The position numbers and the translations under genes are program-made. From NCBI GenBank assembly GCA_013239625.1, contig MU053994.1, positions 4,073,434-4,137,433 of the forward strand: a stretch of DNA of 64,000 nucleotides, read 5' to 3'. The DNA comes from Lama guanicoe. Taxonomy: Eukaryota. The notes below the pieces were generated by a model. The model was not told the origin of the DNA. It saw only the letters and a list, made by a program, of their open reading frames with translations, and did no database searches. Of the stretch, positions 37,998 to 49,756 are shown one piece after another. How positions within the stretch are numbered: the stretch's first letter is position 1; every line of letters begins with the position of its first letter.

Positions 37998-38236
37998 GGA
38001 GGTTTTTTGTTTTGTTTTGTTTTTTGGGCTTTTGGGCTTTTATTTTATTTTATTTTATTTATTTTTATTGAAGTATAGTCAGTTTACAATGTTGTGTTAA
38101 TTTCTGGTGTACAGCATAGTGATTCAGTTTTTTATATATACATGTGTGTGTGTATCTTTTCATATCCTTTTTCATTATAGGCTATTACAAGGTATTGAAT
38201 ATAGTTCCCTGTGCTAGACAGTAGAACCTTGTTGTT
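37998..38236 (-). mobile_element. Young lineage-specific L1 3'UTR insertion
   Basis: ttattgaagtatagtcagtttacaatgttgtgttaatttctggtgtacagca...gaatatagttccctgtgct; TSD ttattcctattttttgt (37981-37997) / ttatttctactttttgt (38237-38253), 15/17. Confidence 0.93.
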
Positions 38237-39064
38237 TTATTTCTACTTTTTGTATAAATAAACTGAGGGAAGTCCATATAATAGGTATAAAAGTCAGGAG
38301 GTAATATACTCATAGATAATAGGTTGATGAGTTTGAGCAAAAATTCTTCAGAAATATAAATCTTATTCTGTCCAGTTATCCCAATTGGGAATCAGATGGA
38401 GCAATTATGAAGGGGTAGAGGATTTATATGAGAAGAAGGATAAGTATCCTGGAGTATGCTAAGGGCAACTGTTCTTGTGGAAAAGGGGGAATCCTAAACT
38501 CAGAGGTCATGAAGTTGCTGGTATGTCATTAGGAAGGAGTCAGTCCCTTGCCTACATCCCATTTTTACGTGGGTGCCAAAAAGTACACAGAAGTTGTCAA
38601 CTCAAGGTAGAAAAGGAGCGACAGGACTAACATGATGGAAAATTCCTTCTCCTTCCCAGTGTTGAAATAATGCATGCTTCCTGGTGTGTAAGATAGTATT
38701 AGACTTACCATGTCTGGGTTATTTTCACTATATTGCACACAAGCACACACATATGCATATTCACATGTACATAAACACACACACGCTATCATCTTAATCT
38801 ACTGTATTTAGTGGACCCATAACCTGGAAAGAACACAGGGCCGTTTCTGTTTTCATCTGCAACATACCGACTTGCTGAGAAACTATCAGCACCATGTCGA
38901 AAAGAACTAGACTACACTATTTTGTGCAACCTCAACTGTCCTAATGCTTGAGTTAAAGAGCAGAGAACCTTTCCCATCTTCTCATACCCCAAGTATCCTT
39001 TAGAATGGATTGAACAGGAAGTATTTTCTAGAACAAATCTAAGGCATGAACTGGACTAATGGAA

Positions 39065-39599
39065 AATTCAGTTTTCATTTCTGGTCTCTAGTAAATGATT
39101 ATTGGGAAGTGGAGATATTGAATAATATCCTCCAAATTGAGAGTGAACTTTGAGACCGAAAAATGGCAACTCCATATAGTACAATGGTGATATTTTTTGT
39201 GGGTAACTTACATACAGGCAGGCAGGATCAGGCGGACAGAAGATCCAGGGGCATTTGCAGCTGCACTGCACACCACCTAAAGGGATACATGGAAGTTTAA
39301 AGGGGCCAAAGCTAAAAATAGAATCTGACCAAGTGAAAAGCACATCCATGCTAACTAGAAGCAGGGATTTTTCCTCTCCCCAGGGTTCTCATGATCATTA
39401 ACCATCTGTGTCAGCAAAAGACATTCTTCCAGTTTTCAGATCTCATGAAGGCAAGGGTAAAAGTTGATAGGGAATTTGCCTGGCTTGGGTGTGCTCCTTG
39501 TGAGTAGGCTAAAGCTCAGTCACGCAGAAAGGGGAGGAGGTAGGACTGCAGGCTGAAGGTGGAGTTGACAAAATGGAGTCAGTGTGGTTCAGCTACACA
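39065..39599 (-). mobile_element. Probable ERV1-type solo LTR, family uncertain
   Basis: Ends in caaaatggagtcagtgtggttcagctacaca, the reverse of tg...gactccattttg typical of ERV1 LTR 5' ends; left boundary uncertain. Confidence 0.45.
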
Positions 39600-40320
39600 A
39601 TGTTTCAAACTCTTTGTGCCTCAGTTGTCTTTTTAGTAAATTGTAAGTTGAGGATGATCAGAATAGAGTCCAGTTACTTCCTGATGGAAGTTCAACCATG
39701 TTAGAAATACCTTGATATTACTTTGACATGCAAGAAACAAGTTTACTATACATATGGGATTGTTATTTTTTTCTCCAATGATCCTGTGGACTCAAATAAG
39801 AGATAATACAAAGTATACCCTGTGTATACTGGCATTTTTTCCCTCCTCCTTCCTCATGAGAGCTCAAGGAAAGATACAGTTAATCCAACCATGGCAAATG
39901 AATAAGCCTCCTCTGCAGCTCAGGCCAGACATTTCTCATGCTTTGTCTAGCTGTCTCTAATTTTCTATTTGATTTTCCAGCACTCACAAGTAGGATAGAG
40001 GGTGGCTTTGGCAGAAATTAAATGTGCAAAAATGTTTTGCCATCTGCTGGAATATTCGTGGATGTTATTCCTCCAGAAGCACTCATTATTAAAAATATTT
40101 ATTGGACATCAAAAATATATCAAATTCTGTTCAAACTATGGCTCCCTCACAGTTACTACTCAAACAAGAATGAAAAAAAATGTTTATTATATTTAAGAAT
40201 GGGCAAGAGTTAGCCTTACCCCTGAATTCCGTTATCTTGACACTATTTTTCCCCTCCCAAGAGGAAAAAGTTATTTAAGACAAGAACTGTGTTTCTCTTA
40301 TTTAGAATATGCATAGCCCT

Positions 40321-40445
40321 GGGGGAGGGTATAGCTCAGTGGTAGAGTGCATGGTTAGCATGCACCAAGAGCCTGGGTTCAATCCTCAGTACTGCCATTA
40401 AAAACATAAATAAATTTTTAAAAATTGTTTAAATCTTAAAAAAAA
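40321..40445 (+). mobile_element. tRNA-Ala-derived camelid SINE (Vic-1 type) inserted in an L2 tail
   Basis: ggggagggtatagctcagtggtagagtgcatggttagcatgcac...gggttcaatcc with A and B boxes and A-rich tail; TSD tagaatatgcatagccct (40303-40320) / tagaacgtgcatagctct (40446-40463), 15/18. Confidence 0.93.
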
Positions 40446-40569
40446 TAGAACGTGCATAGCTCTTAACACAATGCCTTGCACATAGTAGAGGCTAAAATGT
40501 TGATTGATAAAATTGTGAAGGCCTATTCCATCATCTAAACTGCCAGTTTCTTAAGGAGCAGTGACAGGA

Positions 40570-41056
40570 TTTACTATTTCTTAGGTATGTGAACATCTGT
40601 TCGTTTTTGGTTTTAATGCTTAGCATCCGATGCACCAGTCTTGATTTGGAAAACTGCCCACTGTAAAAGCTGAAACAAAAAATGCTTGTTTCTCTGGGCT
40701 CCCTTGTAGCCTGAGTACTGGCAGGTGACCTAGTTAGGCCAAATGAGAAGCTAGTACTGGTAAAAATCAGGTACTGTGGAGACCACATTTGCAGCAGCAG
40801 TATTTGCCATTCCAGGAGTGGCAGAGCTAGCCGTGCAGGCCGTGGTGGCCAATGTTCATGAAGGTGGCAGAAATCCTCTCTCCCAAGCCTCACAGTTCTT
40901 ATTCCTGCAAGATCTTGCCTGCTTGTTTTCCAAGCCTGATTCTGTGGCTTTCTAGATAGTTCTATAGCCTCAATACACTTTTAATGGATTTGTCTTCTGC
41001 TTAAATCCAGCAGGGCAATTCCTGTTGCTTCCAGGTTAAGAAGCCTAGTTGATACA
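40570..41056 (+). mobile_element. ERVL solo LTR (LTR33-like)
   Basis: tttctctgggctcccttgtagc...gtgacctagttaggccaaatgaga and ttctgcttaaatccagcag...tgttgctt...aagaagcctagttgataca. Confidence 0.65.
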
Positions 41057-41969
41057 TTGGGCTTCCAGCCCTCCATAATAGATTTTAAGTAAATATCCTA
41101 TGATTCATTTTCCAAACATCAGTTTGTGTCTCACTCATAAGCAATGCTAATTCTATATTCCTTTTGTATTTTTAACTGTTTATATGCTATATACATTATA
41201 TTCTACTATGAAATCATAAGGTCCTTGAAAGCCAAAATTATATTATCCTTTTGAACCCCAGGGACAGAGTAGTGTCCTTAAAAAAGAGTGCATGCTAAAT
41301 AAATATTTTATTGATTAGTATCATCTAAATAAAATCAGAACAAGAGTCATTAGCACAGTGCATACATGACTCAATAAAAAGATGTCATTCTTTCTGGACC
41401 AAGGTAGAGAATACGTGAGTTACTTAAAATTAAAATTCAGTGCCATGTAAGAGGAACAAAATATTTTACTGGATTCAAACTGCTTTGAATTTAATTTAGT
41501 CAAATCAGTTTTTGTAACTAGACAGTTCTAGAATGGAGACTGATGGTAGGTGCGGCCTTCAGGCAAAAATTAAATAATATAAGAATGAAAGGATGAATTT
41601 TCAACGTTATTGCTGTAATGTCACTTTTAGACTAATTGTGCATGCTCCCCCCTCCTTTCCTTCTTTCATGCTCCAAGCATATTCATGTAACAAGGTCAGA
41701 GGAAGTTGGTTTGGGAGAGCATGTCAAAGAGATTAAAGAAAGGATGGGAGAAGGGATGTGGTAGGAGAGAAGGCTCTGAAACTCTGTTGGCAATGGAAAT
41801 AGACGTGGGGACTGAGCTGTAGTTCTAGGGAGGGGAATCTGGTAGCCAGTTTAGGTGGGCAGAGAACTGCCAGTGTCAGAGCAGTGAAGACCTTATCTGC
41901 GTTTCAGTAATCCGAAGCTGATCCTACAGATGCCACTGTTATGAATCAATGTCAAGCAGTTCACTCTGT

Positions 41970-42460
41970 TTTGTGTTCAGTCAACAATCGTTTATTGAAG
42001 ACCTGTTTTGTGTCATGCGTTGCTCTAGGCTCTGGAGATAGAACAATGAATGAGACAGAGAAAGTCCTGAATTTAAGGATCTTATATTCTAGTAAGAGTA
42101 ATAATAAGCCATTAAGGAAGCAGAAATATATTCTAGGTATCAGGTAAGTGCTATGAAGAAAAATAAAGTAGGATGGGGAGGGTAGAGTGTGAGGGGGCTG
42201 CTATTTGGGGTAGGGTTGCTAGGAAAGTTCTCTCTCAGCAGAGACTTGAATAAGGTGAGGAATTGATCCAAGTGGATATCGGTAGGAAGGGTGCTCTGGG
42301 GAGAGGGAAGAGCCAGGACCAAGTTCCTGAGGCATGATTGGATTTGACTTACTTGAGGAACAGGAAGGAGGCTAGTTTACCTAGAGCTGACAGACCAGTG
42401 GCAGAATGATTGGAGATGAAGTAGAAGAGTGTATTGGGCTGTAATGTGCTGACCAGATCC
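41970..42460 (-). mobile_element. L2 3' region
   Basis: ttcagtcaacaatcgtttattgaagacc...ctaggctctggagatagaacaatgaatgagacag...aagtgctatgaagaaaaataaag. Confidence 0.85.
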
Positions 42461-42600
42461 CGTATAGTGGATTTGTTGCCCCAGCCTTGGGAGTGCTGTG
42501 GACAGATCTTTCAGGGCCTGCCCCAGCTGCTGAAAGCCATGTAAACTAAGGGCACGCACCTTCCCAAGGCTGCCTACATCCAGTGAGTGATTAATGACAG
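42461..42600 (+). mobile_element. LTR16-like ERVL LTR 5' fragment
   Basis: ttcagggcctgccccagctgctgaaagcca...cttcccaaggctgcctacatccagtgagtgat. Confidence 0.6.
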
Positions 42601-43662
42601 AGAAACTATTCTACAAGCACAAGTGTTGTTTAAAATGCATAACACTAATAAAATCAAGTCATCTTTTATATTCATAACCCAAATGGTTTGTTTATGTCAC
42701 AGGAACAAATATCACTGGTTACCTGGTGGAATGCCCATTTAGTACTGGTGGGGCTAGTGGCCTATTCACTGACTAACCTAACATTGTCCCTGCTAGATAC
42801 AAGGTGATGAACAATCGTTTAGGGTCAATTTGTTCAGGTTTGTTTTAAGGGCCTATTGAATTCTAGCTTTTTCTGTGATTCCTTTTGCTCACTTCAGGGT
42901 CTACTGTGATGCCTTGAGTATTAGCTGTTTCTTATTATTAGGAAACATGGACTTGGGACCTCTGTCGCTGACCTTGTACCTTTCAACTAGCCATACCCAC
43001 TGCGCAGCAGGCAATCACAAATGAAAGCAAACAGCAAATATTACACTGCTGTTCTCCACAGTTTTCTGTAGCCCATGTTCCAGTTTCTTCTTGTTGTTGA
43101 CCCTTGTCCCCGTCGCTCATGTTTGTCCCCTGCCCCAGCAATTTGGACTTGACATTTAGACTTGATCTTCCAAGTATTGATTCTCCACATTCTCTAGGAA
43201 TTTGACTCATGTTTGCCTTTTCTTCCTTCTGCTCATGGCTATCCCATAGGAAGCCCTAGACTGGCCCTGGTCCTGGAACTCCACTCCAGTGCTGCCCCTC
43301 CCTGGATGACTCCTCCCTGCCACGAGAAGCTGCTTCACCAGCTGGCTCTCTTTTTCCACTGAGCTCCTGCTGTTGCTCTGTGGTCATCTCCTCTTTGCAT
43401 GAGCGCATGTCACCAAATCCCGCAGCCAGCTTCACTTTGCCTGTTCTTTCTCCTTTGAGCTCTTCTTGGCGTCCACTCTTAGGCTCTTCCCTTTTGATCA
43501 CAGACCCACACCCACCAACAAAAGACTCTCAGGCCTCTAAGAATGTAAGAAACACATCTTTTGCCGCAGGACTTCTAAATTTACTTACATTAATTATAAC
43601 AGCAGTCATCATTATTAACAGCTCAGATTTATTGAGCACGTAACTCTATGTCTGATGGTGAG

Positions 43663-43780
43663 GTATCAATCAGCTCAGACTGCCATATCAACTTACCACA
43701 GACTGTGTGGCTTAAACAACAGAAATGTATTTCTCACGGTTCTGGAAGCTGGAAGTCCAAGATCAAGGTATCTGGCTGGG
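43663..43780 (-). mobile_element. MLT1A/B LTR 3' fragment
   Basis: taccacagactgtgtggcttaaacaacagaaatgtatttctcacggttctggaagctggaagtccaagatcaaggt. Confidence 0.85.
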
Positions 43781-43924
43781 GGAGTGTTGAGTAAAGTTAT
43801 AGGAAGGAGCCCATTATACTTATATGTTTGTGAATTCCTAGAGAGTAGTGACCACATTTAACTCCTTACTGTCTTCTCAGAACCTAACACAAAGCAAGAT
43901 ACAATAAAAGTTTAAATTAAGGGA

Positions 43925-44090
43925 ACAGCATGGGGTTTTGAGTCATCACTAGGGTTCAAAGCTGGGTGGATTCTCCTATCCCTCACTAGACAGGATTTAA
44001 GACATTTATCTCTGTTGAGATAGAACTCTATATTTGTGAAATGGAGAAGGTAATACCTCTCTTACAAGATTCTTATAAGCATTACTCAGG
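43925..44090 (+). mobile_element. MIR fragment
   Basis: ttttgagtca...gggttcaaa...tttgtgaaatggagaaggtaatacctctcttacaagatt. Confidence 0.55.
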
Positions 44091-44671
44091 AGATTCTTAG
44101 GCAAATTTCACTTTAGAAGCTTAAGGTCCCTGACCCCTATCACAGATTTATTATCAGCACCCGCCCCAGCCCAACCTCTTTGTCTTTGTCCATCCAGTAG
44201 GGATTAAAGCTGTACCTCTATACTCATCAAACACTAGTCTTAGGCAAGAAACATTCTCCTATAAATTTTAAAATTCTGTGTATTTCCTCTCCCAAATTTT
44301 CCTTTATTTGAAAGCTACCTGGTCACAGAAACAAGCTACAAATTTGATGACCAAAAAGGGATGTGACCCACTTCCCAGACTACAGCTGCAAGGAATCTCT
44401 CACTGTCCTTTATCTGATGTCTTAAAGATGACAATGTTGATTGGGTTTCTATCCAAAAGGTCAGTTTTGCAAGACTTCCTAAATACAGTGTATAAATGTA
44501 GGGACTACCTAGGTGGTACTTTAATGGGGAGCTTTTATAACAGATTAACTATTTCAATGTTCAAGATGTAAATTTTACTCATATTAAGAAAAAATAATTT
44601 CTTTATTTTTGCATCATATTTCTTTTACACTACTATGGTAAATATTTTCTCTCTTTTAACTTTATTCAGAG

Positions 44672-44910
44672 ATGGCAGCAGGTAGAGGAGGAAGACTCCA
44701 ACTGTAAGCCCTTTGCAATTAGGGACATCTGATTGAAACCCCAGCTCTGCTATTTCCTTACTCTGTTATTCTAGGCAAGTGGCTTAAGTTCACTGAACCT
44801 TACTGTCTTCACTGAGAAAAATGGTAACAGTTCCCTCCTATGGCTGCTTAGAGGGTTAAATGTGGTAAAGTACTTGAACATAGTAGGATCCCCAAAATGT
44901 GAGTTCTTTC
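44672..44910 (+). mobile_element. MIR SINE
   Basis: ggcagca...ttgaaaccccagctctgcta...ggcaagtggcttaag...ctgaacct...aaaatgg...gagggttaaatg...catagtagg. Confidence 0.8.
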
Positions 44911-45575
44911 CTCTTTGCCTCTGTCCACCCTCAATGACCTTTGATTAAAAGGATTTATATTAAGTTCTTATAGGAGAATAAGTCTAGTTTCCCATGATGA
45001 GTCTGAATTCCTGAGTTGAATCCTTTGTTTTGTCAATGACATGTGTGTCAGAATGAGCTATTTAGACGTTAGTTTCTGTTTTGTTTTCGTCCTCTTGCTG
45101 TGAAAGGTATGCACAATATTCCCACCCCTCCCCTAAACTCAAAAGGCTAATCCACGTCTTGATTTTTGAGTTTAGCGCTCTTTACTGATGGAATCGTTAC
45201 TGTTTTGTGAACTGGAGAGCTAAAGATATCATTTTTAAGGTACTGGAGAAAGACTCCCCACCCAGGTTTTTGTTTTAGAAAACTCCAGACTCTGAGAAGC
45301 AGAGATGGGCAAATGAGGAGATGTGTGTTTGAGAGGAAATTTTCTCCAAGACCAGAGGGTTGATGTTAGATGATTTCCCATAAGGAGTCCATGTAGTACA
45401 GTGGATGTCCATGGTGCCCTCCCCACAAGGCAAGAGGTGGCCAGAGGAGTTGAAGGCTGAGAGATGTGAACTTGAGAGTTTAGATTCAGATCTTCGGGTC
45501 ACTTTCAGGACTGGAGAATCAGCATCAGCCAAGACTACAACTCCCTGCCAGAGTATCCTGAACTGCATAAGAGGC

Positions 45576-45942
45576 TGTATCAGTCATGATAGTGAAGGCA
45601 ATACTGTGGAAACCAGCAACACTTGAATCTCAGTGACTTCAAATAACAGAGGTGAATTTATCACTCAGTCTTCATGGTTGACTGGGGACCCTGCTCCACA
45701 CTGTTGACATCCACACTCTGGGATTCAGACTGAGAGCAGCCATTGTCTGAAAATATTGCAAAGCATGCAGTGGCTCTCAGAGCTTCTGCCTGAGAGTGAC
45801 ACACATCACTTCAGCTCACATTTCCCTGGCAGGGTAAGTCAGATGGCTGCACCTAACTTTGCATGGGTGGAAATACAATCCTACTGTGGGCCCTGAAGGG
45901 GAGAGAACAGGATGTTGTGAAAACTCCTAATGCCTTCAACAG
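45576..45942 (-). mobile_element. MLT1K/L-like LTR (3' LTR of a minus-strand element)
   Basis: tgtatcagtca...atctcagtgactt...tggctctcagagcttctgcctgagagtgacacacatcacttcagctcacattt. Confidence 0.8.
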
Positions 45943-46640
45943 TCTGCCATTCTGATCACAAAATGTTCAGTTTATTCTCTTTCTATGCAGAAAACACTCA
46001 TACTTATCCCAAAGGAGGCAATCCAAAAGTGCTGTTCAGTCTTGGCATCAAGCTCAAAGCCCAGTATCTCGGGGTGACGCATGGTAGTCTCTACATCTAG
46101 GTAGTGTATACAGTGATGACTGTGTTAGTTCTGGAGAGAGCTGCTCCTGATCCAGAGACGTACGGACTAAAACTTAAAAGTATCCCCACATATACAACAT
46201 ACATACTAGAAGAGAGGTGGGCTAACAGCAATAACAATCCTATTTTAAAACTAGATAAATGGAAGACCTTCGTCTATAGAGATTCTCCTGGGTGGGCATT
46301 GGGAGAGCCTTCTGTCCAGGGGTGGGTAGGGTGGGTGATACTTAATTATGCAGCCCCAACTCTGCTTCTCTGCCTTTAGTCATCCTCCTTGGCCTCATGT
46401 GAAAGGTATGGAAGACTATGCCCTCCTTGGGCACTTTTCTGCATCTGCTTTTGCTCAGTCATGTCAACCTGTCACAGACTTTCTTTTTCAGGCCTGTGGT
46501 TTCTCTGGCAGTACAGCTCCCCCTCCCCCAAATTAGCTTTTTATGTATTTAATTCTAATGATATACATGTGCCAGTAGCCACACAGACATAAATTTTTTC
46601 TAAATATCTGTCTTTTCATTTAAATGAGGGAAACCTGAGG
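45943..46640 (-). mobile_element. MLT1 internal sequence remnant
   Basis: gtctgccattctg next to the LTR is the reverse of a MaLR polypurine-tract junction (cagaatggcagac|tg); ccaaaag...ggcatcaagctcaaagcccag is MLT1-int-like. Confidence 0.65.
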
Positions 46641-46682
46641 CTATTAGTCTTTGGTGGGGGAGCTATACTCTCCCATGTTTAT

Positions 46683-47240
46683 AATAATCAGGAGAAGTTA
46701 GTCTATGCTGCATTAACAAACATATAAAATAAATAAACAATAAGTTTCTAGTATATAGCACATGGAACTATATTCAGTATCTTATAGTAACCTATGATGA
46801 AAAAGAATATGAAAAGGAATATATATATGTATATGTATGACTGAAACATGATGCTGTACACCAGAAATTGACACAATATTGTAAGCTGACTATACTTCAC
46901 TAAAAATTTTTTAAGAAACCAAATATAACATTACAGAGGCTGAACAAATAACAGTCTATTTCTCACTTGTACTGCAAGTCTATTGAGGGTCAGCTGGGAG
47001 CTCTGCTCCATGTCTCCTCACTCTAGATCTCAGACTAAAGGAAACAAGAGCACAATGAATCACACTGCGGCTCTAAGAGCTCCTTTTTTAAGGATGCACC
47101 TTATGTCCACTCGCATTTCACTGGCCAGGGCAAGCCAGATGGGTACAACTAATTTCAAGTGGGAGGAAAGTGAATCCTGCCAAGTGCACTGGAAGGAGAG
47201 AGACTTGGGCTATTTGTGAAGAGCATTGAGAACTATCACA
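46683..47240 (-). mobile_element. MLT1K/L-like LTR interrupted by a young L1 fragment
   Basis: atcaggagaagttagtctatgctgcattaacaa [L1] tatttctcactt...tcagctgggagctctgctcca...ctggccagggcaagcca...tatcaca. Confidence 0.8.
46722..46915 (+). mobile_element. Young lineage-specific L1 3'UTR insertion
   Basis: tatagcacatggaactatattcagtatcttatagtaacctatgatgaaaaagaatatgaaaaggaa...tgtacaccagaaattgacac. Confidence 0.92.
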
Positions 47241-48289
47241 GACTGCCTGAAGTTCTGCATGATCTATTGTGGGGCTTCCAAATATGACAAAGTGGGCACT
47301 TCCTACCAGCCTGACCCATGAGGCTTTGGGACAGATGATCCGATATAGACACATGATGGTAGTGGGGTCATATTTTAATATTAACTGATATGGGGTTTTT
47401 TCCATTTTTTTGTAAGTACCTTTGTCCCATGACTCCTATCTCACCTCATCTCCTTGGCCACCCAGGAGTTACTGAATCAGTGTAGGAAAAATACAACAGA
47501 GCAGCAGAATAATCTCTCAGCAGAGGTGGGGATTGGTGGGAGATTTCAAAATAGATGGTAGAAATGCCAAGCAGCAACAGTAGGTTGAAAGAAAGGATTT
47601 TGAGTCTCAACCATGCAGTGTTATGAGTCCCAAAAATCAATATTTATGCTGCAAACAGTGGACTGGTGAGAAGTCAGTATGCTGAGAAGGTCAGTCCTCC
47701 TTCCCTTGATGTGAAAAAGATGCTGTTGCCGGGGTAGTAGAGAGAAGCAGGCTTCCAGATGAAAGCTGGGGTGGTCAGACTCTGTATATGAGGATCCCTT
47801 CCCAGGTTTTCTTAATCTCATAATTCTTTTTAACTCAACCAGTTTACAAAAGTAAATCAGGCATAATTCTTATTCTCACAGGGCTCAAAACCTTGGGGGA
47901 GAGAATAGATATGGAAAGAAATAACTATAGAACATTTGGATAAAATCCAAATACAAGAAGTGCAATTGTTATGGGAGGAGAAGGGAAAAGCAGTGTTTCT
48001 GCGGGGGTAGGGTGTGCAGAGACAAGAAGAAAGTTTCAACTCACCCCCGCCTCTTCCGGTGGGAAGGAGAAGGCAGGAGTCATGTAGCATTTTTTAAAAA
48101 CGCTATTATCACTCTTACTTTGTTTCTTCTACATCCTCTGTCATCCCCACCTCCCACCATAAATGGGTTTCCACTGTACTCTTGCTCTGAAAATCCTGCT
48201 TTTTTTCCAAACTGGTCCTTTCCTGCCACAAAAGCATAAGACCTTTCTTTTAGACCTTCCTCAACACTCCCACTGAGGCTGCCTTGAGG

Positions 48290-49756
48290 CTGAGGGAGAT
48301 TTATTGTGAAGCTATTGAGTCTTAAGCTTCAGAGCTCCTCATTCACCTGGGTCCCTTCTAGGGTCCTGGGAGGGGCTTAAAAGATACACTCACATTGTCA
48401 TATGATTTTATACAGTTTCCATAAATATCTATTTCAACAACGATTGCTTAAGGTCAATGTCTTCTTTCCCCTCCAACTTCTCCTCTTTCGTACTTCCCCC
48501 AGTGTGAAGTGGTGATGGAAAAGCTGTGGCCCTGTGTTGCATCTGGCCACAAAGAAATTGAACTAGGGCCTTATACTGGTTCCCTAGGGCTACTGTCATA
48601 CAGTAGCACAAATTTGGTGGCTTGAAACAATAGAAATGCATTCTCTTACAGTTCTGGATGCCAGAAGTCCAAAATCAAGGTGGCAGCAGGGCTCTCTCAG
48701 GAGGCTCTGAAGGAGAATTCATTCCTTGCCTCTTCTAGCATCTGGTGGCTGCCAGCCTTTCTTGGTGCTCTTTGGCTTGTGACCACATCATTCCCATCTT
48801 TGCCTCTGTCTTCACATCACCTTCTCCTCTGAGCGGGTAATGTCCCTCTCCCTGTCTCTTATAAGGCTACTTGTGATCATATTTAGGATTCACCTGGATA
48901 ATCCAGGATAATTTCCTAGTCTCAAGATCCTTAATCAAATCCCCAAGATCCTCTTTGCTTATAAAGTTAACATCTGCATGTTCCATAGATTAAGACCTGA
49001 TATCTTTGGCTTGCCCTTATTCAACCAACAACAGGATCCTTTTCATCATGTTTAGTGGGACATATCTAGGCAGATTTGCAGTCTTGTTTCCTTATACAGT
49101 TATTATTCCTGATAGAATAATCCTACCTCCCAAGGTGCTGACTCACCTCATATTATAACATGGAGATACAAAGCCATATTGTGATATGAACCTGCCCTCT
49201 GGGGCCTAGAACCAAAACTATGTAGGTAGGTAATGGAGGAAAGACAGGTGTAGGGAGGTTGAACCTGATCTGTGAAAAATTATTCTAAATATCACAGCAT
49301 ATCTGTGAAAAAAATTGAGATTTTCCTTAAAATTGACAACAGTCCTAAAAATGTACATGTACATGCCATTGTCGATAATAAGTTGTGAAATGGAAAGAAA
49401 CTTTTCCCATACTGTTAATAAGAAAAAACATTTTCTATCATCCAAGCTAGGAATAAAGACTGAATTATCTTTCTATTTTCTATATGGAAAATGATTCTAT
49501 AAAAGCTCAAGGAATATGTGGCCAAAACTGTAGGAAAACTGTATTATAGAGGTGTGTCAGGCAGTTAATTCATACAAAAATATTATTTAATTTCTAGAGA
49601 TTTTTGCGATATTTGTCAGGTTTTAAACATTTTGTAATTTGTGTTTTCTCATTCTAAATAAGAATTAACTTTTGTAGTTGATTTTGTATTCATCTTCTAA
49701 AGTGACTCTCAGAATTGTATAAGCTTTAGGCTCAGTAAAACCTAGAGGTTCCCCTA
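48290..49756 (+). mobile_element. Zaphod/MER115 (hAT-Tip100) internally deleted DNA transposon, split by MLT1C
   Basis: 5' gatttattgtgaagctattgagtcttaagcttcagagctcctca and 3' aattgtataagctttaggctcagtaaaacctagaggttccccta match both consensus termini as recalled. Confidence 0.8.
48572..49033 (-). mobile_element. MLT1C-like MaLR solo LTR
   Basis: cctagggctactgt...ggtggcttgaaacaatagaaatgcattctcttacagttctgga...ggataatccaggataat...attcaaccaacaaca. Confidence 0.9.

Noticed and set aside
40325..40396. tRNA-Ala(AGC) gene
   Set aside because: Stems are disrupted, and there is a G-rich 5' extension, an A-rich tail and a TSD: a SINE, not a tRNA gene.
42141..42149. Consensus splice donor CAGGTAAGT
   Set aside because: Lies inside an antisense L2 and is at chance frequency.
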